From: a virus
Lineage: Duplodnaviria > Caudoviricetes
Strand: one strand, 5' to 3'
Virus record (IMG/VR): IMGVR_UViG_3300044878_000041
Location: 1 to 28,348 of that record
DNA length: 28,348 nt
Shown: positions 1 through 8,622 of the stretch, piece by piece
How the letters are laid out: each line of letters starts with the position of its first letter
How positions within the stretch are numbered: position 1 is the first letter of the stretch
The notes under the pieces: model-generated
Seen by the model: only the letters and a program-made list of their open reading frames with translations
Told to the model about the DNA's origin: nothing
The model's database searches: none
Program-made: the position numbers and the translations under genes

Positions 1-226
1 CCCCACCCCCGCCCTAGCCCTCCCCGGGCATAGGGCGAAAATATCCCCCCGAGCGCTTGAGGCTCGGCCGCGGCCCCCTTTTCTCCGGCCTTCATAGCCG
101 CTGTGACCGCCGCGCTGTCCGCTCGTAGGGCTTTTTGACCTCGGTCAGTTTTGCTCTCGCGGACGATGCGGCCGCAATAATGAATGTGCCTACTTCCGCG
201 CAATCTAGGGAATTATCGCGTACACC

Positions 227-241
227 TGATAGGCTTGAGGT
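227..241 (+). promoter_or_regulatory. Extended -10 promoter (TGn-TAGGCT), probably driving a leaderless mRNA
   Basis: TGA-TAGGCT at 227-235 matches the actinobacterial TGnTAnnnT consensus and lies 6 nt before the ATG at 242. GAGG at 237-240 is too close to the ATG to be a normal SD. Confidence 0.5.
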
Positions 242-799
242 ATGTCAAACAAGGTGTGCGCATACTGCGGCGGCCCAATGAACCTCCCCCGCAGAGATGC
301 TAAATTCTGCTCTCAAAAGTGCGGCACCTACTTTCGTCGCAAATCGAAACGACTGGCGCTGCCGATTGAGCTGACTTCAAGGGCCCGATGGGTGCGATGG
401 TCTTCCCGCCCGCGTAACGGGCGCTTGACCAAAGTTCCCCTGACGGTAGACGGCCGGCTCGCATCCTCTACCAATCCAGGCACATGGAAGGACTATGCGA
501 TTGCCGCAGCCTCGCCGGTCGGCGAAGGCCTGGGCTTCGTTTTGGACGGCGATGGGATTGCCTGCGTGGATCTTGACAACGTCTTGATCGACGGCGAGCT
601 AGACCCCCGGGCTAGAAGGTTCCTTTCGACACTGAGCCCGTTCTACGTCGAAGTCTCGCCATCGGGGTCAGGAATCCATGCCTGGGTCGATGGAGGATCT
701 CCGAATGGGCGGAAGGTTTTCACCTTGGAGGACGGCCTGAAGGTTGAGTGGTACTCGAACGGACGGTTCATGACGATGACGGGCAAGGTGTTCTCTTGA
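242..799 (+). CDS. Zn-finger plus stand-alone AEP (Prim-Pol-like) primase/polymerase domain protein
   Basis: N-terminal CAYC...FCSQKC zinc finger. AEP motif I IACVDLD and motif II EVSPSGSGIH are present, along with the ASST..TW, GLGFVL and YSNGRFMTMTG segments typical of phage Prim-Pol N-terminal domains. Confidence 0.8.
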   Translation: MSNKVCAYCGGPMNLPRRDAKFCSQKCGTYFRRKSKRLALPIELTSRARWVRWSSRPRNGRLTKVPLTVDGRLASSTNPGTWKDYAIAAASPVGEGLGFVLDGDGIACVDLDNVLIDGELDPRARRFLSTLSPFYVEVSPSGSGIHAWVDGGSPNGRKVFTLEDGLKVEWYSNGRFMTMTGKVFS

Positions 800-1287
800 T
801 CGAAGAGTTCTCAGTTGACTGCCGGGTCTGCCGCGGCCAGTATTTCCAGTCGAACGTGCCAGGCGACCGGTGCGAAAACTGCGAGACGTGCGTCGAGTGT
901 GGCAAGACCATGCCGAATACCTTCGACCAGGCGTATGACTCCCTCTGTTCGCCGCAGTGTGAAGATGCACTTGGCGAGCGGGTTGAACGACTCATCAACT
1001 ACGTCGCGCCCGTTCGACGCAAACAGATCTCAAGTTCTAAGCGTCTGGCACTGTTCGAACGTGATGGGTGGACGTGCTACCTGTGCGACTTCCCGGTCAA
1101 CCGCGACGCTTCATGGCCAGATGCTGATTTCCCCGTTCTGGATCATGTGGTCCCTTATGCCAAGGGCGGCTCCGATACGCCTGACAATCTGAAAACAGCC
1201 CACGCGCTCTGTAACGGTCAGAAAAAGGATGCCGATTTGGCGGCCTATCTAAGCCGGGCGCTGGGCGTTCCCAACTTCGCGAGGTAG
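796..1287 (+). CDS. HNH endonuclease with Cys-rich N-terminus
   Basis: RDGWTCYLC...LDHVVPYAKGGSDTPDNLKTAHALCNGQK is a canonical HNH motif. The start is moved from 748 to the in-frame TTG at 796, which overlaps the upstream stop (TTGA). Confidence 0.88.
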   Translation: MIEEFSVDCRVCRGQYFQSNVPGDRCENCETCVECGKTMPNTFDQAYDSLCSPQCEDALGERVERLINYVAPVRRKQISSSKRLALFERDGWTCYLCDFPVNRDASWPDADFPVLDHVVPYAKGGSDTPDNLKTAHALCNGQKKDADLAAYLSRALGVPNFAR

Positions 1288-1340
1288 CCGGCCGCTACAT
1301 CGCGGTGACGGGAAACAAGCTGATCCTTTAGGAGGCCGCT

Positions 1341-1748
1341 GTGGATGCTCCTCCCGGCCTCGGCGAGCGCGGATCGGCCATCTGGTCGGCGATGGCCACC
1401 AGCGATGTCCCGCGGAATGCGCTGGTGCTGGAGGCTGCCCGCACGGCTGACCGTTTGGACGAGCTGGACAACATCATTCAGGGTAAGGGCGTCCTGAATC
1501 TCATGCAGTTCCGGGTCCTGGATCGCGAAGTAGACGATGACGGTTGCGTGAACATCAACGTTGAGGTCAAGTTCAATGCGGTGTTGGCGGAGGCCAGGCA
1601 GCAGGCGACTGCGTTCTCCAACATCCTCACGAAGCTCTCCCCCGCTGATTCGAAGGCTGCTGCAGCGGCGCCACCGGCGCCGGTACCGACAGACCTTCCG
1701 GACAACGTGTCCCCGTTGCAGAGGTTGGCTAAGAAACTGAACGGCTAG
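1341..1748 (+). CDS. terS: Terminase small subunit
   Basis: AGGAGG SD then GTG, directly before the large subunit. The P.GLG.RG..IW, EAARTADRLDEL and LAEARQQ..AF pattern is typical of actinophage small terminases. Confidence 0.75.
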   Translation: MDAPPGLGERGSAIWSAMATSDVPRNALVLEAARTADRLDELDNIIQGKGVLNLMQFRVLDREVDDDGCVNINVEVKFNAVLAEARQQATAFSNILTKLSPADSKAAAAAPPAPVPTDLPDNVSPLQRLAKKLNG

Positions 1749-1758
1749 GTGGTGTGGC

Positions 1759-3267
1759 GTGCTGATCGGTTCGCAGGTCGCACGCTTCAACACAGCGCCT
1801 TCACCGCGTGGCTACAGCATGCATCATGCCGAGAACGCGCTCGAGTTCGCTGAGGGCTACCAGTACGTCGTGGATCCTTGGCAGGCCGAGGCCGTCCGGG
1901 CTTGGCTGAGAACTGATGACGCTGGATGGATCTCTTCCACGTGGGGTCTGTCTGCGCCGAGGCAGAACGGCAAGAACGGTGCGTTGGAGGTTGTTGAGCT
2001 CTACCTGATGGTGGCGCTCAACATGAAGATCCTGCACACGTCGCACCTGCTGAGTTCGGCCCGTAAGGCGTTCAAGCGCCTGATGCACTTCTTCGGCACG
2101 AAGGTCAATGATCCTCACGCTAAGTTCCCTGAGTTGAATGCTCTGGTCAAGGAGATCCGGAAGACCAACGGCCAGGAAGCGATCGAGCTTCACGCTGGTG
2201 GCTTGATCGAGCTGGGCGCGCGTACGGGCGGCGCCGGCCGCGGTAGTTCCTTCGACGTCTTGGTGGTTGATGAAGGTCAGGAGTACGAGGAGGACGAGCA
2301 GGAGGCTCTGGAGCCGACGACATCGGCGGCTCCTTCGGGTGATCCGATCACGATCTACATGGGCACTCCCCCGAAGGATTTGTCCGAGCGTGGCGAGCCT
2401 TTCGTCCGGGTCCGGAATGCTGCGGTCACCGGCGCTGATAAGCGTTCGGCATGGGTTGAGCATTCGGCCGCCGGCGACGTCGACAAGATGACCGAGGCCG
2501 AGCTGAGGGTGTTCACGGCTGACCGGAAGAACTGGTCTGACGCTAACCCTGCACTCGGTGGCCGCATCAAGCTCCGAACCGTGGAGACCGAGCACCACAA
2601 GTTCTCCCCGCGATCGTTCGCCCGCGAGCGGCTGAATATGTGGCCGACGCCTTCTGTCGCCGGAAAGCTCGCGTTCACGAAGTGGGATGATCGGGCGATT
2701 GATGACCCGGATCCTGAGTGGCCGGTCGCCGCGTATGGCGTGGACATGAATCCGGAGCGGACCAAGGTGTCCATCGGAGTGTCGACGTTCGCTGATAGCG
2801 ACGACATCCACCTTGAGCTGGCTGCCGATGCTCCGTTTGATGAGCGCGGGACGACGGCTTTGGTGGAGTGGTTGTGGGAGCGTGCGAAGCGCCGCATCCC
2901 GATCGTCATCGATGCCTACTCCCCGGCGCGGGACCCGCTTGAGGCCCTCCTGAAGGCGAAGAAGATGAAGGTCTTCATCCTCAGCGGTCACGAATACACC
3001 CAGGCATGTGCGGGTCTTCATGAGGCGGTCGAGAAACACCCCGCCGTCACCCACTTCGGTCAGGAACACCTCGACCATTCCGCGAAGAACACCACACAGG
3101 ACCCGATCAAGAATCGTCCTGGCTCGTTCAAATGGAACCGAACGAGCCTCGACGTTGATCTGGCCCCGACAGTTGCAGTGACCTGCGCCCACTTCGGCGC
3201 GAAGAAGTTCGCCCGCCGTATCCCGAAGGCTTCTGAGAAGAAGGTCCGGGGCGCAATCGTTTTCTAG
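1759..3267 (+). CDS. terL: Terminase large subunit
   Basis: Q-motif PWQ, Walker A APRQNGKN, Walker B VLVVDEGQE, coupling motif YMGTPP, ANPALG, and a C-terminal nuclease region (YGVDM). Confidence 0.95.
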   Translation: MLIGSQVARFNTAPSPRGYSMHHAENALEFAEGYQYVVDPWQAEAVRAWLRTDDAGWISSTWGLSAPRQNGKNGALEVVELYLMVALNMKILHTSHLLSSARKAFKRLMHFFGTKVNDPHAKFPELNALVKEIRKTNGQEAIELHAGGLIELGARTGGAGRGSSFDVLVVDEGQEYEEDEQEALEPTTSAAPSGDPITIYMGTPPKDLSERGEPFVRVRNAAVTGADKRSAWVEHSAAGDVDKMTEAELRVFTADRKNWSDANPALGGRIKLRTVETEHHKFSPRSFARERLNMWPTPSVAGKLAFTKWDDRAIDDPDPEWPVAAYGVDMNPERTKVSIGVSTFADSDDIHLELAADAPFDERGTTALVEWLWERAKRRIPIVIDAYSPARDPLEALLKAKKMKVFILSGHEYTQACAGLHEAVEKHPAVTHFGQEHLDHSAKNTTQDPIKNRPGSFKWNRTSLDVDLAPTVAVTCAHFGAKKFARRIPKASEKKVRGAIVF

Positions 3268-3279
3268 GAGGTGGCCTGC

Positions 3280-4875
3280 TTGGCTGTTCTTGATGTGGCA
3301 CGCCGCCTGACTGATTCCGAGTCGTCAGCGTTCAACCGGATGCTGAGGACGATCCGGAGGAAGGCGAGCCGGAACCAGCTTCGGACCAAGTATGTCGATG
3401 ACAAGAAGCGCCTCGACAAAATCGGGTTTTCAGTGCCGCCACACATGGTGGACTTCCAGACTCCGATCGGTTGGGCCCGGAAGGGAATCATCACTCCGGC
3501 GTCAAGGATCCGCCCGGATGGCTTCACGCTCCCGCGGAAGTCGAATCTTCTGGATGAGATTCATGGCGCATTCGAGGACAACCACTACGGCTCTGTTGAA
3601 CGGATGGCCATCGAGTCTTCACTTCAGCATGGAGTCTCATTTGTTTTCGTAACTCCGGGCGATCAGATTCTGGGGGAACCTGAGATTATCGTCTCCGCCC
3701 GCACGGCGGAGGAGGGGACGGCTGAAATCGACCCCCGGTCGAACCGCGTGATGATGGCACTGGAGTTCATCAGCGGCGTTGAGTACTTGCTGTACATGCC
3801 GGGGATGACACTCAGCGTTGAGCGCACGGATAGGGAATGGAAGGTTACCCGGGAGCACGTCGGCGTTGCCGACTTTGTTCCTTGTGTCCCCTACATCTGG
3901 GGATGGTCCTTGAGTCGGTCGATGGGGCGGTCGCGGGTGACGCGTCCTCTGATGGGCTACATCGACCGCGGCGTCCGCACGATGCTCCGCCAAGAGGTAA
4001 CTGCCGAGTTCTTCTCCGCACCGCAGCGGACGCTGCTTGGCGCAGAGGAAGAGCACTTCACAGACCCCAAGACGGGCAAGAGGATCTCTCCGTTGGACGC
4101 TCTCATCGGTGGAGTGTGGGCTCTGCCTAATACCCGGGATGAGGAAACTGGCGATCTGATTACGCCGAAGCTCGAGCAGCTGCAGCAGGCGTCAATGCAG
4201 CCGCACAGTGAGATGCTTCGGACCATCGGACTGATGGTGTCCAGTGAACTGTCCATCCCTGTCGGATATTTGGGAATCATCCATGACAACCCGTCCAGCG
4301 CTGACGCTATTCTCGCGTCGGAATCGGACATGGTTGCCATGGTGGAGTACGAGCGGGACCTAAGCTACGGGATCTCCCATCAGAACCTGGCCCGGACAAT
4401 CCTTGCCGTGAAGTATGGCGGGATCACGCCTGCTATGGCGGCGGAACTTCGTGGTTTGAAGGCGCACTTCGCGAGTGCTGGTACGCCGACACGCGCCGCC
4501 CGTGCTGATGCGGCACAGAAGTATTCGATGACCTTCCCGAACGGCGATCCGGAGGTGGCCATGGAGGAATACGGGCTCACCAAGTCGCAGATCGATCGGA
4601 ACCTGGCGTACGCAAAGCGCATGGAGGCGAGCACCCGACTGGACACGCTCATGGCTGCTGCAAAGTCGTCCGCTGCGCCTGTGTTCAGTGACGGCGCCGC
4701 CGCTGGACCGGTGGACGAGCAGCTGAAGCAGGCCCAGGTTCTCAAGGCGCAGGCGGACGCGCTGGGTGTCCTGCGGCGCGCCGGCGTTGATGCTGCATCA
4801 GCTGCAAGGCAGGCCGGGCTTGCGGGCGTGACCTTTATTCCGGGCAATCCGATCACGATCCGCGAAGGCGCCTAG
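3280..4875 (+). CDS. Portal protein (SPP1 gp6-like)
   Basis: Follows terL. Motifs GRSRVTRP, AEFFSAPQR.LLG and DNPSSADAI. AGGAGG at 3266-3271 favours the TTG at 3280 over the GTG at 3271. Confidence 0.92.
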   Translation: MAVLDVARRLTDSESSAFNRMLRTIRRKASRNQLRTKYVDDKKRLDKIGFSVPPHMVDFQTPIGWARKGIITPASRIRPDGFTLPRKSNLLDEIHGAFEDNHYGSVERMAIESSLQHGVSFVFVTPGDQILGEPEIIVSARTAEEGTAEIDPRSNRVMMALEFISGVEYLLYMPGMTLSVERTDREWKVTREHVGVADFVPCVPYIWGWSLSRSMGRSRVTRPLMGYIDRGVRTMLRQEVTAEFFSAPQRTLLGAEEEHFTDPKTGKRISPLDALIGGVWALPNTRDEETGDLITPKLEQLQQASMQPHSEMLRTIGLMVSSELSIPVGYLGIIHDNPSSADAILASESDMVAMVEYERDLSYGISHQNLARTILAVKYGGITPAMAAELRGLKAHFASAGTPTRAARADAAQKYSMTFPNGDPEVAMEEYGLTKSQIDRNLAYAKRMEASTRLDTLMAAAKSSAAPVFSDGAAAGPVDEQLKQAQVLKAQADALGVLRRAGVDAASAARQAGLAGVTFIPGNPITIREGA

Positions 4876-4877
4876 CC

Positions 4878-5651
4878 GTGGTGGATCGACAGTCGATTGA
4901 GCGGTACCGTGCGGCGACGTCTGAGCTTTCGGTCCGTGTGGCTGACGAGTTGGCCGCATATTTCGCTGCGCTCGATTTGTCCCGGCCCGAAGCGACTCGC
5001 AACGCGCTGCTGGAGTTCATGCCGCTACTGGTGGCCCAGTACGGGCAGGTTGCCGAGACGCTGGCCATGGACTGGTACGACGAGCTCCGGGCCGGGTCCG
5101 GTGCGGCGTCCGGCTTCCGGGTTACTGCCCCGGCCGCGGCGTCGGTCACGGCGGACCGTGTCGAGAAGAAGGTTCGCTACCTCGCCGGGCAGCTCTGGAC
5201 GCCTGAGCCGGCAGCGATGCTCGCAGGCCTGACTGCCGCGACCGACAAGTACGTGAAGCAGTCTGGCCGCGACACCATCACGTGGAACGCCCACCGCGAG
5301 GGTGTCGCTTGGGCGCGAGTGCCAAAGGGGTCCAAGACGTGCGCGTTTTGTCTCGTGCTGGCATCCCGCGACGCAGCCTACGCTTCCGAGAAGTCTGCTG
5401 GCAGCAAGAAATACGGCAGCGACAACGAGTTCCACGGACATTGCGACTGCGAGATTGTCCGCCTAGGCCGTGGCGACGAGTATCCGCCCGGCTACATCCC
5501 GGATGACCTGTATGACATCTACTCCATCGGCGCCGACAAGGCTGGAACGCGGAGCGACATCAAGGCCATCACATTTGACCTTCGCCGCCGGTTTCCGGAC
5601 AGATTCACGGACGGCGTCATTGATGACGCATATCTGGAGCGCGTCGGATAA
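4878..5651 (+). CDS. MuF-like minor head / head morphogenesis protein (often annotated as capsid maturation protease in actinophages)
   Basis: Lies between portal and scaffold. WARVP...TCAFCLVLASR and FHGHCDC metal-binding motifs. Confidence 0.8.
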   Translation: MVDRQSIERYRAATSELSVRVADELAAYFAALDLSRPEATRNALLEFMPLLVAQYGQVAETLAMDWYDELRAGSGAASGFRVTAPAAASVTADRVEKKVRYLAGQLWTPEPAAMLAGLTAATDKYVKQSGRDTITWNAHREGVAWARVPKGSKTCAFCLVLASRDAAYASEKSAGSKKYGSDNEFHGHCDCEIVRLGRGDEYPPGYIPDDLYDIYSIGADKAGTRSDIKAITFDLRRRFPDRFTDGVIDDAYLERVG

Positions 5652-5667
5652 CTTCCGCTGCGAATCC

Positions 5668-5738
5668 GGCCGCACTATGCGGCCCCATACTCTCCCTTCC
5701 GTGCGATGCGGGCAGGGTTTTTCGCCGTGCGATGCGGC
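5668..5738 (+). promoter_or_regulatory. Three tandem hairpins CCGY-RCNAT-GCGG in the scaffold 5' leader
   Basis: GGCCGC-ACTAT-GCGGCC at 5668-5684, plus exact repeats CCGTGCGATGCGG at 5699-5711 and 5725-5737, just before the AAGGAG SD. Confidence 0.6.
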
Positions 5739-5758
5739 ATTCATGAAGGAGCTTTCCA

Positions 5759-6388
5759 TTGAAGAAGCAGTTTCCCCACGGCATTGACATCACCGCCCCA
5801 GGCGGACTCACTGCGCTGATGGCATTCCACCGGCTGACCTTCGGGGACGCCGTCATGGAGGACGGTGCCCAGGCAGCCGCTGCAGCCGCTGCAGCCGAAG
5901 CGAAGGCTGCGGCTGATGCTGCAGGTGCGGAGGCCGCGAAGGCCGACGAAAAGCTCGGTGAGGGCGGCATCAAGGCTTTGCAGTCCGAGCGGGCCCGGGC
6001 GGAGGCTGCTGAGAAGCGAGCCGCCGCAGCCGAGGCGAAGATTCAGGCCGCGGAGGACGCCAAACTGTCCGACATTCAGCGGGCGCAGAAGGAGCGAGAC
6101 GATCAGGCGGCCGAGAACGCGAAGCTCAAAGCCACCAACGCGCGACTCGCCGCATTGGCCGAGCACCCCGTGCCCAAGGAATACCAAGACCTGGTGACCG
6201 GGACCGACGAGGCCAGCTACCTCGCCTCCGCCAAGAAGATATCCGAGCTGCACGCCCGCGCTGAAGGGAAAGCTCCGAAACCTGACCCAGTACATAAGTC
6301 AGGCACCCGCAACGGCGAGAAGCCCGCCGAGGGCTCTTTGGCATCAGGCCGCGAGCTCTACGAAAGCAAGCACAAGAAAAACTCTTAG
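5759..6388 (+). CDS. Capsid scaffolding protein
   Basis: AAGGAG SD then TTG. Ala/Glu/Lys-rich coiled coil with LGEGGIKALQSER and KLSDIQRAQ motifs, located before the decoration and capsid genes. Confidence 0.85.
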   Translation: MKKQFPHGIDITAPGGLTALMAFHRLTFGDAVMEDGAQAAAAAAAAEAKAAADAAGAEAAKADEKLGEGGIKALQSERARAEAAEKRAAAAEAKIQAAEDAKLSDIQRAQKERDDQAAENAKLKATNARLAALAEHPVPKEYQDLVTGTDEASYLASAKKISELHARAEGKAPKPDPVHKSGTRNGEKPAEGSLASGRELYESKHKKNS

Positions 6389-6400
6389 AAAGGCCACACC

Positions 6401-6787
6401 ATGCCTCGTCTGACTACCGAATCGTTCGGCAGCGGGAACATGTCTTGGGTCGGTTCCGAGCACGCGATCAACAATGCGCGGACCGAAACCCTCGACATCT
6501 CCACGTTCACTGCCGGCACCCACTACCCGGACGGTTACATCCGTTCCGGCACCCCCGTGGCGAAGGTCGGCGGCGTTCTCGTCCCGTACGACGCCACTGA
6601 AGGTACCGTAACCGGCGCCGGAATCCTGGCGGGCTTCGTGCTCACGGATCAGCGCGTCGTCGGCACGTCCGACTTCCCGGTGCCGCTCTACGATCACGGC
6701 CGCGTCGTCGCCTCGAAGGTCCCTGTGACCTTCGTGAAGCCGGCCGCCGCCGCCAAGCTGTCCGCAACCACCATCGTTTTCGTCTAA
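6401..6787 (+). CDS. Head decoration protein (lambda gpD-like position and fold)
   Basis: 128 aa gene between scaffold and capsid with GYIRSGTPVAK..G..VPY, GFVL and HGRV motifs. Confidence 0.75.
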   Translation: MPRLTTESFGSGNMSWVGSEHAINNARTETLDISTFTAGTHYPDGYIRSGTPVAKVGGVLVPYDATEGTVTGAGILAGFVLTDQRVVGTSDFPVPLYDHGRVVASKVPVTFVKPAAAAKLSATTIVFV

Positions 6788-6803
6788 GAAAGGGGGATGA
6801 CTC

Positions 6804-7820
6804 ATGCTTTGGACTGATCTCATCACTCCCGCCGAGCTGACCGGTTACGTCCGCACGGCCCTTGAGGATCTGGAAGTAAACCGGACCTCGCTCGCCCCAT
6901 GGCTGCCCAACACCTTCGTGAACGACATCAATGTTCGTTTCGTGAAGGGCCAGGCTGGCCTCGTCGCCGAAGCATCGTTCCGTGCGTTCGATGCTGAGCC
7001 CGAGATCGCTGGTAGCACAACAGGCCAGCGCGTCACGCTCGAGATGCTTCCCCTTGGGCAGAAGCGGATCATCTCCGAGTACGACCAGCTGCGCTCTCGT
7101 AATGCTTCCGATGACGTGCTGCGCAACAGCATCCTCAAGGAGGCCAAGAACGTGGCGAAAGCTATTGCCGACCGCATCGAGCGCCTCCGCGGCACCGTGC
7201 TGGAAACCGGTAAGGCCACCGTCAACCAGGGCAACGTGTTCTTCGATGACGACTTCGGCCGCACCGCTGGCCACACCTTGACGGCCGCGCAGCTGTGGTC
7301 CACGTCCTCTGTGGACCGCCTCACCTACCTGCAGACGCTGGTGGCCACCTACAAGACCACGAACGACGAGGAAGCTCCGGGCGCCATCGTGATGCCCCAG
7401 CGCGTCTTCACTGCACTGGCTGCAGGCGACCAGTTCAAGACCACGCTGGTTGGCGGCGCTACCCGGCCGGCCATCGAGACTGAGGTCAGGCAGTACCTGA
7501 TCGCTGCTGGCCTGCCCCCGGTCACCATCTATGACCGGCGCACCTCCGGCGGCCGTGTCCTGTCGGACAACAAGCTGCTCCTGCTGCCCTCCCCGGTAGA
7601 TCCGATGTCCGGTGAGTCGGAGCTGGGCGGGACCTTCTGGGGTCAGACTCTGACTTCGCAGGAGGCCGATTACGGCCTGGCCGACGTCGAGCAGCCGGGT
7701 GTCGTCGTAGGTGCCCACAAGGCGACCTCGATCCCGCACATCGCGACGGTCGAGTCGGACGCCATCGCCCTGCCGGTGCTGGCCAACGCCAACCTCTCGC
7801 TGGTGGCCACGGTCCTCTGA
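6804..7820 (+). CDS. Major capsid protein (phage major capsid E-like)
   Basis: 338 aa with a strong SD. ASFRAFDAE, LPLGQK..ISEYDQL and AIALPVLAN motifs. Followed by a strong hairpin. Confidence 0.92.
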   Translation: MLWTDLITPAELTGYVRTALEDLEVNRTSLAPWLPNTFVNDINVRFVKGQAGLVAEASFRAFDAEPEIAGSTTGQRVTLEMLPLGQKRIISEYDQLRSRNASDDVLRNSILKEAKNVAKAIADRIERLRGTVLETGKATVNQGNVFFDDDFGRTAGHTLTAAQLWSTSSVDRLTYLQTLVATYKTTNDEEAPGAIVMPQRVFTALAAGDQFKTTLVGGATRPAIETEVRQYLIAAGLPPVTIYDRRTSGGRVLSDNKLLLLPSPVDPMSGESELGGTFWGQTLTSQEADYGLADVEQPGVVVGAHKATSIPHIATVESDAIALPVLANANLSLVATVL

Positions 7821-7829
7821 GCATGACCT

Positions 7830-7859
7830 GATGGGGCGCGGCTTCGGTCGCGCCCCATC
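7830..7859 (+). terminator. Strong stem-loop after the major capsid gene (terminator/attenuator or mRNA-stabilising hairpin)
   Basis: GATGGGGCGCGGC-TTCG-GTCGCGCCCCATC forms a 13-bp stem (one G-U pair) with a C(UUCG)G tetraloop. No U-tract follows. Confidence 0.7.
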
Positions 7860-7887
7860 CCCAACCCTTGAGCGAAAAGGAATGACA

Positions 7888-8211
7888 GTGCCAAAGTTTT
7901 CTACGCACGTTGCCCTCATGAATCCCGAGTACCGGCCCGTGAGTTTCAATCCCGGGGACGAGGTCCCCGAGTGGGCCGTCGACCAGGTCGGGGATCATGT
8001 CCTCGAACCAGAGGAAACGGCCGACTCTGACCAGACGGACACCTTCGCCGACTCGGGCTTGCAGGATCAGGAGCAGGACATCGACTCTGGCGCCGACGAC
8101 GAAGCGGACGGTGACAGCGACGAGGATGACTCCAATCCTCCGGTCGCCGATGACCAGCCTGACTTCACGGCACCGGCCCCGGCCCGCCGCCGCGGACGTA
8201 CTCAGAAGTAG
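7888..8211 (+). CDS. Small acidic head-associated hypothetical protein
   Basis: AAAAGG SD before ATG 7882 / GTG 7888. F.PGDEVPEWA motif, then a D/E-rich linker and a basic tail. The upstream part of ORF 7711 overlaps the capsid gene and is unlikely to be translated. Confidence 0.7.
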   Translation: MPKFSTHVALMNPEYRPVSFNPGDEVPEWAVDQVGDHVLEPEETADSDQTDTFADSGLQDQEQDIDSGADDEADGDSDEDDSNPPVADDQPDFTAPAPARRRGRTQK

Positions 8212-8216
8212 GGGCC

Positions 8217-8621
8217 ATGGCCGCTGACTTCGCGACGCTGTTCGACCTCAAGATGCACTGGTCCGGCCTGCCGCAAGAGGACGAGAACGACGCAGGGCAG
8301 AAGCTCCATGAGGCGTCAATCGAGGTTCGCGGCAACTACCCGGACATCGACTCCCGCATCTCGACCCCCGTCGAGGACGGCGGCATGGATCCTGATATTC
8401 CGAAACTCGTGGTCTGCCGGATGGTCAAGCGCGCCATGGACATCACGGAGGACGCGCCGACTGCAGGGTTTGAGTCGGTCCAGTTCGGCAGTGGCCCGTT
8501 CTCCATGGGCGGCAAGGTGCTCAATCCTGACGGAAACCTGTACCTCACGGCTGCTGACAAGCGGCTGCTGGTCAAGTCCCGGCCGCGGCGCCAGGCATGG
8601 ACGATTCGCCCGGGAGGCTGA
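8217..8621 (+). CDS. Head-to-tail adaptor
   Basis: Position after the capsid gene. FAT..DL...W, VVCRMVKRAM, GPFS and NPDGNLYLT..D motifs typical of actinophage adaptors. Confidence 0.85.
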   Translation: MAADFATLFDLKMHWSGLPQEDENDAGQKLHEASIEVRGNYPDIDSRISTPVEDGGMDPDIPKLVVCRMVKRAMDITEDAPTAGFESVQFGSGPFSMGGKVLNPDGNLYLTAADKRLLVKSRPRRQAWTIRPGG

Positions 8622-8622
8622 C

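Noticed and set aside
1801-3192. 463-aa minus-strand ORF
   Set aside because: Antisense shadow of terL caused by high-GC codon bias. No motifs.
6642-7949. 435-aa minus-strand ORF (likewise 16961..18274, 19213..20184 and 9515..10438)
   Set aside because: These fully overlap well-supported structural genes on the opposite strand.
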